A stretch of 63,945 nt of DNA, counting the filler, from a candidate division TA06 bacterium SM23_40 (GTDB lineage Bacteria > LJUI01 > SM1-40): the NCBI GenBank assembly GCA_001303705.1. It is 5 parts of 5 records of this genome, joined end to end, with 100 filler letters (N's around TTAATTAATTAA, not from the genome) between each part and the next. Parts side by side here need not be neighbours in the genome. Positions count along the whole stretch, not along the records: positions 1 to 25,018 come from LJUI01000031.1; 4 more parts are not named here. One strand, given 5' to 3'. Shown here in pieces: positions 9,959 through 19,404 of the stretch. A model generated the notes under the pieces. That model saw nothing but the letters and a program-made list of their open reading frames with translations. It did no database searches and was not told the origin of the DNA. Each line of letters starts with the position of its first letter. Position 1 is the stretch's first letter. A program made the translations under genes and the position numbers.

Positions 9959-10320
9959 GCCATTTCTTCTGGCGCGGCGGAGCGCTGGCGGTCTCTAGTT
10001 GGCGCACGCGTCCAAGAATGAAGCTGCGAAAGAAAGCCGCCTATGGCATCGTTTCACCGGTATCGGAGTACAGACCGACTCGGTCATCCTGTCAAGAACA
10101 CTCCCCTGAACAGTAACTTGTACCTCCTAGCTGTCCGTCGTCAGCGACTGTGAAGGAAGAGAAATGAGATTAGATTCTCAGCGGCAGATCTATGCTGAGA
10201 GGAGGGTTATCCTCGTATGTCCCCTGGCGCATCGCTTCATCTCGATTCTTGACAGATCCCACAAGAGTACGCTCCGGGACATCAACCCGAGGAGCCAGTC
10301 TGATCCAGAGGCAGAACTTC

Positions 10321-10350
10321 ACGGGTGAATGGTTTCACCCGTTTCGTTTT
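10321..10350 (+). terminator. intrinsic terminator (probably the displaced native tRNA-Asn terminator)
   Basis: ACGGGTGAA-TGGT-TTCACCCGT followed by TTCGTTTT, 22 nt after the last att core. Confidence 0.7.
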
Positions 10351-10444
10351 CATGGTGATGGTGTAGTCCAGGACTCCGTGAGATGGGTTGTACTCGATTC
10401 GTCTCGCGAGCCAGCGGTGTCCTTGGGTAGTTCCGACAATGTCC

Positions 10445-10473
10445 TTGACATCCTTCCTAAAGGCGTGTAGACT
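10445..10473 (+). promoter_or_regulatory. putative sigma-70 promoter
   Basis: TTGACA-17 nt-TAGACT upstream of the beta-helix genes. Confidence 0.6.
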
Positions 10474-10662
10474 GACAGGGTAGGCGATGAGTTCCCGAGA
10501 TTTCTGCTGGCCACGGACTGGCAGAGGGCGCCCGGTGGCCTCGGGAATGGGCGTAGTTGTGCAACAGCTCAAGGGTGGGTTATTCGAGAGCGACACCGAG
10601 CGTCACAGTGAGGGGTCGTTCTTTTTTTTCTCGTTAGATCAACGAGAGGGAGGATACGAACA

Positions 10663-12606
10663 ATGAGGTGGAACTGGCAAGTAACGATAATATCTTCTGC
10701 CATGGTCAGCCTAGTGGCGACTTGCTCCGCAACTATCATCCACGTTCCGCAGGAGTATCCGACAATCCAAGCGGGCATCGATGCCGCTGTTGACCTGGAC
10801 ACAGTGCTCGTGGCTGATGGAATCTACACGGGCTACGGGAACCGGGATATCGACTTCTTTGGCAAGGATATTGTGGTGATGTCGAAGAACGGAGCAGAGA
10901 CGACGGTTATCGATTGTCAGGGGAGCCCCTCAGATCCCCACCGGGGAGTCGTGTTCCACAGTGGCGAGGATTCGAGCGCTGTGCTTCAGGGTTTCACGAT
11001 CAAGAACGGATGGGCCGAGTGCGGTGCTGGGATCCACTGCTATCACTCTTCCCCAACCATTGTCGACAACATAATCATAGATAATACCACACCGCCCTGC
11101 TTCTGGAACGACGGCGGCGGCATAATGAGCGTGGAGGCTTCTCCGACCATCGTGGGCAATGTGATCGCAGGGAATGTATCGGGCTGGGGGGGAGGCATCT
11201 CTTTTTTCTTCTCTACAGCGATCGTCGTCGATAATACCGTTGAGGGGAATGCATGTGGATGGTCCGGGGGCGGGATCTGGTGCGATCGCACTTCTGGCAT
11301 TATAGAGGGCAATGCGATGGTGGCCAATGCCTCCGAACTGGCTGGCGGAGGAATCATCTGTGACGGAGAGCCGACACCGACGATCAAGGACAATACCATT
11401 GTGGAGAATACTGCGGGCACGTACGGTGGCGGAATCTGTTTCAGTTCTCTAACGCCAATCACAGGCAATACTATTACGGGAAACACTGCCGTCTCAGGAG
11501 GCGGGATCTTCTGTCAGTCTTCTACCATCATTGAGAATAACGTCATCAGCGAGAACATGGCCTCGCTCTACGGCGGCGGCATCTACACGCGATTGTCCGA
11601 ACCACAGATCTTGCTGAACACGATTGTGGGGAATACGGTCGACTACTACGGGGGCGGGATTGCCTGCTGGGAATCGTCTGCGAATATCCAGGCCAACAGG
11701 ATTACCGGCAATGCCGCGACCTGGCACGGCGGAGGAATCTTTTGCCAACTGTCTTCGGTCACTATTGAGGACAACAGGATTGTGGGGAATAGCAGCGGGC
11801 TCGGCGCTGGCTATGGTGGAGGGATCTATTGCTGGGACTGCTCACCGGTCGTCAGTCGCAACACGCTCGCAGAGAATATGGGCGCGTGCGGCGCGGGGAT
11901 TGCCACCTGGGGAACTTCCTCTCCTATCGTCAGGAGCAATACGATTATTGCGAACGCAGCGATTCTGGGTGGTGCAATCTCCTGCTGGTCCCCTTCTTCG
12001 GCAAGCATAGTCAACTCCATTCTGTGGGCGGACAGCGCTGGCACCGGGCCGGAGATCTACTTGGAAGCGGGGAGCTCGATCGACGTCTCATACTCCGACA
12101 TTCAGGGTGGGTGGCCTGGTGAAGGCAATGTAGAAGCTGATCCGATATTCGTGCTGGCCGAGAGGCAAGACTACCGTCTGCTCTGGGGCTCGCCCTGCAT
12201 CGACGCTGGTCACCCGGATTCTCTTGATCCCGATGGCACCCGCAGCGATATGGGCGCGTTCTTCTTCAATCAGGACGACCACATGACATTCTACCTGACG
12301 CCTGATGTCATCGAAGTCACACCAGGCGGCGAGCTGGGGGTGACCTACACCCTCATCAACCGCTGGGCGCAGCCTGAGCCGTTCTGGGTGCATAGCGAGG
12401 CGACTCTGCCGAGCGGAGACACGTTGAGCGTGATGGGGCCCGACCAGTACACCTTGCCAGCCGATTTCACGGTGCAGCAGCACCTGGATCACAGCGTGCC
12501 TGTTGGTGCGCCGCTGGGTGTGTACCGGTATCAGTCTCGGATCGGAGTGGCGCCCTCCACGCTCTACGACGAGGATAGCTTCGAGTTCAAGGTGGTGGAG
12601 CCATAA
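10663..12606 (+). CDS. secreted right-handed parallel beta-helix repeat protein (pectin lyase-like fold) with C-terminal Ig-like module
   Basis: Signal peptide; IHVPQEYPTIQAGIDAA; many N.I..N.A..GGGI.C repeats; DP.FV..DYRL..SPCIDAG.P..DPDGTRSDMGA. Confidence 0.88.
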   Translation: MRWNWQVTIISSAMVSLVATCSATIIHVPQEYPTIQAGIDAAVDLDTVLVADGIYTGYGNRDIDFFGKDIVVMSKNGAETTVIDCQGSPSDPHRGVVFHSGEDSSAVLQGFTIKNGWAECGAGIHCYHSSPTIVDNIIIDNTTPPCFWNDGGGIMSVEASPTIVGNVIAGNVSGWGGGISFFFSTAIVVDNTVEGNACGWSGGGIWCDRTSGIIEGNAMVANASELAGGGIICDGEPTPTIKDNTIVENTAGTYGGGICFSSLTPITGNTITGNTAVSGGGIFCQSSTIIENNVISENMASLYGGGIYTRLSEPQILLNTIVGNTVDYYGGGIACWESSANIQANRITGNAATWHGGGIFCQLSSVTIEDNRIVGNSSGLGAGYGGGIYCWDCSPVVSRNTLAENMGACGAGIATWGTSSPIVRSNTIIANAAILGGAISCWSPSSASIVNSILWADSAGTGPEIYLEAGSSIDVSYSDIQGGWPGEGNVEADPIFVLAERQDYRLLWGSPCIDAGHPDSLDPDGTRSDMGAFFFNQDDHMTFYLTPDVIEVTPGGELGVTYTLINRWAQPEPFWVHSEATLPSGDTLSVMGPDQYTLPADFTVQQHLDHSVPVGAPLGVYRYQSRIGVAPSTLYDEDSFEFKVVEP

Positions 12607-12639
12607 TCTGGGCCACAGCCACGAGAGGAGGAGAGTGAA

Positions 12640-14571
12640 ATGAGGTGCGCATGGCACGTTGTGGCTGCATTTCTCGGTGTGATCAGCCTTGTGTCGGTCG
12701 CTCCAGCGACGGTCATTCATGTCCCACAGGAGTATCCGACCATCCAGGCGGGGGTCGATGCGGCGGTGGATGGCGACACGGTGCTCGTGGCTGACGGCAC
12801 CTACGTCGGGTACGGGAATCGAGATATCGATCCCGGGGGCAAGGCGATAGTTGTGATGTCTAAGAACGGAGCTGAGGCGACGATCGTCGACTGCCAGGGG
12901 ACCTCATCAGATCCGCATCGGGGGTTCCTGTTCCATTGCGGAGAGGACTCCAGCACGGTAGTCCGGGGATTCACGGTCAGGAACGGGTGGGCCCACTGTG
13001 GAGCCGGGATGGATTGCTACTACTCTTCTCCGACCATCGTCGGCAACGTGATCACGGGGAACACGACGCCGCTTTGTCTGTGGTATGAGGGCGGCGGCAT
13101 TTATTGCATCGAATCGTCGGCGATCATCGTCGGCAACACGATCACGGAGAACGCAGCAGGTTTTGGCGGTGGGGTGGCCTTCTCCTATCTGTCTCCGACC
13201 ATTGTGGATAATACCATAGCAGATAACACCGCTGCATGCGGGGGAGGTGGAGTCTATTGCTTCCGCGCCTCTGGTACGGTCGCGCGTAACGAGATCAGGG
13301 GGAATACTGGCGGTTGGGACGGGGGCGGTTTATACTGCGACTACGAGTCTTCTGTCGTAATCGAAGGCAATACCATCGTGGGGAACGTGTCCCCCCGGGG
13401 GGGTGGCATCTATTGCGGGCAGTGTTCGCCAGTCATCGTTTACAATAGTCTAACTGGAAATGAGGCTGTAGAGTACGGCGGGGGGATCTGTGTGTGGTCA
13501 TCCTCTCCGACCATCGAAGGCAATGCGTTTAAGGGGAATGCTGCCCAGCGAGGCGGAGGGATCGACTGCCTGTACTCGTTCGCGGCGATCATCGGAAACA
13601 CCGTGATAGAGAACAGTGCCGACTACGGCGGCGGAATCTCCTGCTGGGAATCCACGCCCACGATCGACTCCAATAGACTCGCCCGAAACATCGCCGTCTG
13701 GGATGGCGGCGGAATATTCTGCCATCAATCTCCGGCGATCATCGTGCGCAACTCGATACTGGAGAACGAGACGGACTACGGAGGAGGAATCTTCTGTTGG
13801 GACTCCTCTCCCAGCATACGTGGTAATACAGTCGCCTTGAATATCGCCACATCCGGGGCCGGCATCTGCTGTTGGGGGAGCTCTTCTCCCGCGATCTACG
13901 GCAATACTGTGTCACAGAATACCGGCATTCTGGGCGGCGGCATCTCCTGCTGGTCGTCCTCCTCGGCGGTCGTAGTCAATTCCATTCTGTGGGCGGACAG
14001 TGCCAGTACGGGGCCGGAGATCTACGTGGAGGAAGGAAGTTCCATGACCGTCGCGTACTCGGATGTGTGTGGCGGCTGGCCCGGCCAGGGGAACGTGGAC
14101 GCTGATCCTGCATTCGTCCTGGCCGAGAGCCAAGACTACCGTCTGCTCTGGGAATCGCCATGCATTGACGCAGGGTATCCTGATTCCCTTGACCCCGACG
14201 GCACACGGAGCGACATGGGGGCGCACTACTTCGACCAGGACGACTATCTTACGCTCTACCTGACGCCCGATGTCCTCGAGCTGGCACCTGGCGGCGAGTT
14301 AGGAGTCACGTACACTGTGATCAATCGCTGGGCACAGCCTGAACCATTCTGGGTACTGACGGAGGCGGTCTTGCCAAACGGAGATACGCTGAACGTCATG
14401 GGGCCGGACTCCTACACTCTGCCGGCGGATCTGACTGTGCAGCGTTACCTCACTCACCGGATCCCGCCGGGTGCAGCGCCTGGTGTCTACGGCTACCGAT
14501 CGAGAATCGGGGTGCCGCCCTCAACGCTCTACGATAAGGACAGCTTCGAGTTCTGGGTTGTGGAGCCGTAG
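12640..14571 (+). CDS. secreted parallel beta-helix repeat protein, tandem paralogue of the preceding gene
   Basis: Same architecture, colinear with 10663-12606 over its full length; GAGGAGGAG RBS. Confidence 0.88.
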   Translation: MRCAWHVVAAFLGVISLVSVAPATVIHVPQEYPTIQAGVDAAVDGDTVLVADGTYVGYGNRDIDPGGKAIVVMSKNGAEATIVDCQGTSSDPHRGFLFHCGEDSSTVVRGFTVRNGWAHCGAGMDCYYSSPTIVGNVITGNTTPLCLWYEGGGIYCIESSAIIVGNTITENAAGFGGGVAFSYLSPTIVDNTIADNTAACGGGGVYCFRASGTVARNEIRGNTGGWDGGGLYCDYESSVVIEGNTIVGNVSPRGGGIYCGQCSPVIVYNSLTGNEAVEYGGGICVWSSSPTIEGNAFKGNAAQRGGGIDCLYSFAAIIGNTVIENSADYGGGISCWESTPTIDSNRLARNIAVWDGGGIFCHQSPAIIVRNSILENETDYGGGIFCWDSSPSIRGNTVALNIATSGAGICCWGSSSPAIYGNTVSQNTGILGGGISCWSSSSAVVVNSILWADSASTGPEIYVEEGSSMTVAYSDVCGGWPGQGNVDADPAFVLAESQDYRLLWESPCIDAGYPDSLDPDGTRSDMGAHYFDQDDYLTLYLTPDVLELAPGGELGVTYTVINRWAQPEPFWVLTEAVLPNGDTLNVMGPDSYTLPADLTVQRYLTHRIPPGAAPGVYGYRSRIGVPPSTLYDKDSFEFWVVEP

Positions 14572-15058
14572 CGTCTGGGGCCGGCACCTCCAGGCAAGAG
14601 GGCCTTCGGGGGCGGACATTGCTACGCTTGCGGGATATACATAGGGGGGTGTTAACACCAATCTGATATGTCCGCAAATCATCGGAATAAGATGTCCACT
14701 TTTCATCGGCGTTGGGGCTACCCATGAAGCTGCCCCGGGCGCCCCAATCGGTGGGAGACGACGCCTATTGCCTTCAGTCTGGCGACCGGCACTGCCATAT
14801 TACGGCGGTCGCCGGTGGACTGTAGGCCATGATGTTGGGCGGATGCCTGCGAGATACAGCCGGCAGATGGCTATTACGGCGGGTCGACGGCCCGCCGTGC
14901 GATTTCGGTGGACAGATCAGGAGGGATAGTGTTATTATGTAACAAATGAACTCTTCACTCTGTGACATCTGGTATGCTGAATGGTACCGCCAGGGATTCC
15001 TCAACTGTTTACTGAATATTACGAGCGGCGGTTGGACAAGAGCAGTAAGGAGCTCAAT

Positions 15059-16534
15059 GTGAGAGTGCTACTCGTCTATCCTGATCATCCCGTCACCTTC
15101 TGGAGCCTGAAGCACGCGGTGAAATTCATCTCGAAAGAAGCGAATTTCCCACCTCTGGGTCTGCTGACGGTCGCTGCCTTGCTCCCTGAAGACTGGGAGA
15201 AGAGGCTCATCGACATGAACGTACAGCCTCTCGGCGATAGCGACATCGAGTGGGCAGATTATGTCTTCGTCAGCGCCATGTCCATCCAGAGGCAATCGGC
15301 AGCGAAGGTGATCAAACGGTGTGCCAGACTGGGAGTAACGACCGTCGCAGGGGGTCCCCTGTTCACATCTTCGTGGGAGGATTTCGAGGGCGTTGATCAT
15401 CTTCTTCTCGGCGAGGCTGAAGATACCCTGCCCGCGTTCCTCGAGGACCTGAGAACGGGAGGCGCGAAACGGATCTACAGACCCGATGGTTGGGCGGACA
15501 TGGGGCGGTCACCGATCCCCCTTTGGGGCCTCGTCGACATGAAGAAGTATGCCTCGATGAACGTCCAGTATTCGAGAGGTTGTCCGTTCAATTGCGAATT
15601 CTGTGACATCACCCAGCTGTACGGTCATAAGCCGAGGACGAAGACCGGGCACCAGGTGTTGGCCGAGCTGGACGGTTTGCATGCCCATGGTTGGAGGGGA
15701 GGTGTTTTCTTCGTCGATGACAATTTCATTGGGAACAGAAGAAAGCTGAAGGCCGAAATGCTGCCCGACCTGATCGCGTGGCAGAGAGAGCGAAAGTATC
15801 CGTTCGATTTTCATGCCGAGGCATCGATTGATCTTGCTGACGATGAGGAGCTCATGAGCATGATGGTGGAGGCCGGGTTCCGCGCGGTCTTCGTCGGCAT
15901 TGAGAGCCCGAACGATATGAGCCTGTCTGAGTGCAGCAAGTTCCAGAACAGGAATCGGGACATGGTCGAGTCTGTGGCGAAGATACAGAGCTACGGCCTC
16001 CAGGTGCAGGGTGGTTTCATCGTCGGTTTCGACAATGATCCACCGTCGATCTTCGACAGCCAGATCGACTTCATTGCGAAAAGCGGCATCGTGGTCGCCA
16101 TGGTCGGATTACTCAATGCACCTCGTGGCACGAGGCTGTACAAGCGCCTCCAGAGAGAGAATCGTCTGCTGAAGGACATGTCGGGCGATAATACGGACTT
16201 CACGATGAACTTCATTCCTAAGATGGACACGACGCAGCTCATCGAGGGCTACGAGAAGGTAGTGAATGCCATCTACTCTCCGCGCGAGTATTATGAGCGG
16301 GTCAGATTGTTCTTGCGGCGATACAAGCCGCCCCGCAAGAGCAGACCCCGCCTCCGGTTCGTGCATATACGTGCGCTCCTACGATCCATGTGGGTTCTTG
16401 GCATGAAGAGGGAGGGCCGGCTGTACTATTGGAAGCTCTTCTTCTGGTCGCTCACCAGGCGCCCCAAGCTCTTTCCTCTGGCAGTAGTCTTCGCCATCTA
16501 CGGATTCCATTTCCGAGAGGTATTGGGGACTTGA
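15059..16534 (+). CDS. B12-binding radical SAM protein (DUF4070-containing, HpnP-like family)
   Basis: PPLGLLTVAALLP, SRGCPFNCEFC (CxxxCxxC), FFVDDNFIGN, FVGIESP, GGFIVGFDND. GTG start follows AAGGAG. Confidence 0.9.
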   Translation: MRVLLVYPDHPVTFWSLKHAVKFISKEANFPPLGLLTVAALLPEDWEKRLIDMNVQPLGDSDIEWADYVFVSAMSIQRQSAAKVIKRCARLGVTTVAGGPLFTSSWEDFEGVDHLLLGEAEDTLPAFLEDLRTGGAKRIYRPDGWADMGRSPIPLWGLVDMKKYASMNVQYSRGCPFNCEFCDITQLYGHKPRTKTGHQVLAELDGLHAHGWRGGVFFVDDNFIGNRRKLKAEMLPDLIAWQRERKYPFDFHAEASIDLADDEELMSMMVEAGFRAVFVGIESPNDMSLSECSKFQNRNRDMVESVAKIQSYGLQVQGGFIVGFDNDPPSIFDSQIDFIAKSGIVVAMVGLLNAPRGTRLYKRLQRENRLLKDMSGDNTDFTMNFIPKMDTTQLIEGYEKVVNAIYSPREYYERVRLFLRRYKPPRKSRPRLRFVHIRALLRSMWVLGMKREGRLYYWKLFFWSLTRRPKLFPLAVVFAIYGFHFREVLGT

Positions 16535-17114
16535 CCCCAGACCATCCTTCTGCTGCAGCCGGATCTGACGAGCGCAATGGGTCGGTCGAATCCTCCATCC
16601 AGGTTGTGTGCCGCATCTCCGTCGTCAGGCAACCGGGACGATGAGAATGAGATGGATATCCCGGGGCAGATCCGTCCTGGCAGCCGCTTGATTTCGGTGT
16701 GTTCGCCGGGGATTCGCTTCGTCTCGATCCTCGGCTGATTTCACTGATGTGCACTCCGGGACGAGGACCCGGGATGTCTCCGAGCCGGAGGGCAGTCCCC
16801 CTCGGGGGATAGTGTTCGCTTGCAATCGCTTTCGGACGACCGAGGCATCTGACAACCGAGGTCGACCATCTACGCCGTCTCTGGTAGACTTGCCAGGGGA
16901 CGGCGTCTTCTTTCTTGACACCGGTGGCGAGCTCTCTGTAGGATTGCCTACAGCGATGGGCGGCGGGATATCTTCTGTCTGCGGGATCAGCGATCTGGGC
17001 CTGTTGTCAGGTATAGGCTCGGCTGTGCCGGTCCGGGCCGCGGCTGATGTGAAGGACGTTGAATCTACTAGGCGAATCCCGCTTCGATGTCTGACTGGAA
17101 CTCGGAGGATACCG

Positions 17115-17384
17115 ATGGACGAAAAGGAACGGTATGAGCAGGCGCGGAAGCGCGTCGAGGAGATCAAGGGATTCTACGTGCATCTGCTTGTCTATGTTCT
17201 TGTGAATCTCGGTCTTTTCCTCGTGAATATTCTACGCTCTCCAGAGACGATTTGGTTCTACTGGCCCCTGTTGGGGTGGGGTTTCGGTGTGGTGGCTCAC
17301 GGGATCAGTGTCTTTGGCCTGAGGGGCGTTCTCGGTCCAGAATGGGAGAAGAGGAAGATCAGGGAGATCATGAGCAAGGAATGA
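17115..17384 (+). CDS. 2TM domain-containing protein
   Basis: [55 protein letters not shown]. Confidence 0.88.
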   Translation: MDEKERYEQARKRVEEIKGFYVHLLVYVLVNLGLFLVNILRSPETIWFYWPLLGWGFGVVAHGISVFGLRGVLGPEWEKRKIREIMSKE

Positions 17385-17431
17385 TTGCCGCTCATATCCG
17401 ATTCGTTCGCAATCAGGAAGAAGAAACCCCC

Positions 17432-18091
17432 ATGTCTCTGGTTGATGACGTAGCCAGATACTACGCAGCGCGTGCCCCTGTGTACGACGTATCTGCCGGG
17501 TATACTGATCCTGAGGCAGAGGAGCTTCGTGTTCCCATCAAGGCACGATACCGGGAGATGTTCAAGGGGCACGACGTGCTCGAAATCGCATGCGGGACGG
17601 GATACTGGACCGGGGTGATCGGCGAGGTCGCTACATCTGTTCTCGGGATAGACATCAATTCCTCTCTCATTTCGACCGCACGGGCCAGATGCGCCCACCT
17701 GGGAAACGTCACCTTTCAGGTCGCCGACGCCTACTCGCTCGACGGCGTCCCCGGAGGGTTTACTGCTGCCCTGGCCATTTGGTGGTGGTCACACGTTCCC
17801 AGGAGGCAACTCCCCGAGTTCCTCTCAGTCCTGCACAGCAGACTCGTCTCGGGTGCACTCGTGCTCTTTGTCGATCAGTTGCCATATGAGTGTGAAGCGA
17901 GAAGAGCGGATGCCGAGGGGAATACCCTGGAACGACGTACTCTGCAGGACGGGCGGAGGTTCGAGATCGTCAAGAACTTCCCGACCAGGGAGGAGATCAT
18001 CGAGGTTCTCGAGGACATGGGTGAGAATGTGCGATATATCGAGCGCCCCGAGGAGAAACATTGGAACGTGATCTACAACACGAGGAGATGA
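17432..18091 (+). CDS. class I SAM-dependent methyltransferase
   Basis: [12 protein letters not shown] motif I, FQVADAY, WWSHVP, IVKNFPT. Confidence 0.88.
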   Translation: MSLVDDVARYYAARAPVYDVSAGYTDPEAEELRVPIKARYREMFKGHDVLEIACGTGYWTGVIGEVATSVLGIDINSSLISTARARCAHLGNVTFQVADAYSLDGVPGGFTAALAIWWWSHVPRRQLPEFLSVLHSRLVSGALVLFVDQLPYECEARRADAEGNTLERRTLQDGRRFEIVKNFPTREEIIEVLEDMGENVRYIERPEEKHWNVIYNTRR

Positions 18092-18171
18092 TCGCCGAGG
18101 GGCGAGGGGAGAGCGAAGCGCGGGACCGCACGCCCGAGCCGTGTCGTCGGATGGCATCAGTGGGGGAGATC

Positions 18172-19260
18172 ATGAAGCCTGGAATCGCAAGAATCGCTAT
18201 GGTATTCGTCATACTAATTGCTGTTGTTGGGCTCGTTCCCGGCCGTTGCCTGCCGGGTGAGCGCTTGGATTTCGATCATCCCGGCACGTTTTCGATCGTT
18301 GCATACGATTCAACGACTGGTGAACTGGGCGTGGCAGTCCAATCGAAGGCGTTTGCTGTGGGAGCAGCAGTACCCCACGCGGAGCCCGGTGTTGGCGCGA
18401 TCGCCACTCAGGCGCAGACTAATCTCAGTTACGGTCCAGAGGGAATCGCACTTCTCGGGATGGGGATCCCGGTCGACAAAGTGGTGGAGATCCTGACGTC
18501 GAAGGATGAGAATGCGGAGGTGCGTCAGTTGGGGATCGTAGACGCACATGGTCACGCCGCCTGCTATACGGGGGAGATGTGTACCGGGTGGGCTGGCCAC
18601 ATTGTGGGACCCCACTACGCGGTGCAGGGAAATATCCTGGCGAACGAGAATGTCGTTCGCGAGATGGCCCGGGCATTTGAGCGGGCAGGCGGCACCCTGG
18701 CGGAACGACTTCTTGCGGCACTGCAGGCAGGGCAGAGAGCGGGAGGGGACCAGCGGGGTCAGCAATCGGCAGCACTGCTTGTCGTCAAGGAGGGATTCAC
18801 TCGATTTGTCGATCTGAGGGTCGATGATCATGAGACGCCGATCGATGAGTTAGAACGCCTGTTCAGATTGCATGAGAGAGGATATGAGTCGATCATGCGG
18901 ATACGTTCGGGCAAGGAATGTCTGGAGGGCGGATTCGCGGAGAAGGCGGAGCGCGAATTCGAGTATGCTCTTGCGATAGTCGAAAAGTATCCCGATGACG
19001 CTGAACTGCAGAATAATACTGCCTGGGCGTTGGCGACCGGCGACGTTCTCCTCGATGACGCTCTGAGACTGGCCGAACGAGCGGTGGAGTTGGCACCGGA
19101 TAAAGGCCACATATGGGATACTCTCGGAGAGGCACACTTCCGTCGGGGAGAACTCGCGCAGGCGATCCGGGCGCAGGAGAAGGCGGTTGAGTTGAGCCCG
19201 GAGACCGAGCTCTTCAGGGAGAGACTGGAAGAGTGGAGAGCCATCGCCCGGGATCGGTAG
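18172..19260 (+). CDS. DUF1028 (Ntn-hydrolase-like) protein with signal peptide and C-terminal TPR
   Basis: TFSIVAYD..GELGVAVQS, GAIATQA, VQGNIL, GGDQRGQQSAAL, DLRVDDH..PIDELERL; TPR segment NNTAWAL..WDTLGEAHF. Confidence 0.88.
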   Translation: MKPGIARIAMVFVILIAVVGLVPGRCLPGERLDFDHPGTFSIVAYDSTTGELGVAVQSKAFAVGAAVPHAEPGVGAIATQAQTNLSYGPEGIALLGMGIPVDKVVEILTSKDENAEVRQLGIVDAHGHAACYTGEMCTGWAGHIVGPHYAVQGNILANENVVREMARAFERAGGTLAERLLAALQAGQRAGGDQRGQQSAALLVVKEGFTRFVDLRVDDHETPIDELERLFRLHERGYESIMRIRSGKECLEGGFAEKAEREFEYALAIVEKYPDDAELQNNTAWALATGDVLLDDALRLAERAVELAPDKGHIWDTLGEAHFRRGELAQAIRAQEKAVELSPETELFRERLEEWRAIARDR

Positions 19261-19404
19261 GGGGAGGGGTTCAGGGTCCTTCGGATAGGAACATGCAGCC
19301 GACACCGGGGTGAGCTCGTGGCCGCCGGCGGAGCGGCGAGAATGGTGGACTTGTGCAGATGAACGATGTTTCCTGACGGGAAAATGCGGAATAGGAGGAG
19401 ATTG

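Larger units (their letters stand above)
8446..10298. mobile_element. integrase-free cassette 2 (1840-bp unit), tandem to cassette 1
   Basis: Core at 8446-8458 plus an arm A copy (8459-8550); arm B copy (10201-10285) plus a perfect core at 10286-10298. Carries one ATPase gene. Confidence 0.65.

Noticed and set aside
10403-10420. GAGCCAGCGGTG resembling a fourth att core plus the start of arm A
   Set aside because: Only 12 nt match, the CCCGAG part is missing, and neither arm continues.
10663-14571. Diversity-generating retroelement acting on the paralogous surface genes
   Set aside because: No reverse transcriptase in the window, and the differences are not adenine-specific.
14790-14890. 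Direct repeat TATTACGGCGG upstream of the radical SAM gene
   Set aside because: Only two short copies in GC-rich DNA, and no recognisable cobalamin riboswitch or operator.
16535-17114. Long N-terminal extension of the 2TM ORF and other ORFs in this gap
   Set aside because: A strong RBS at ATG 17115 defines the gene; the upstream translations look non-coding.
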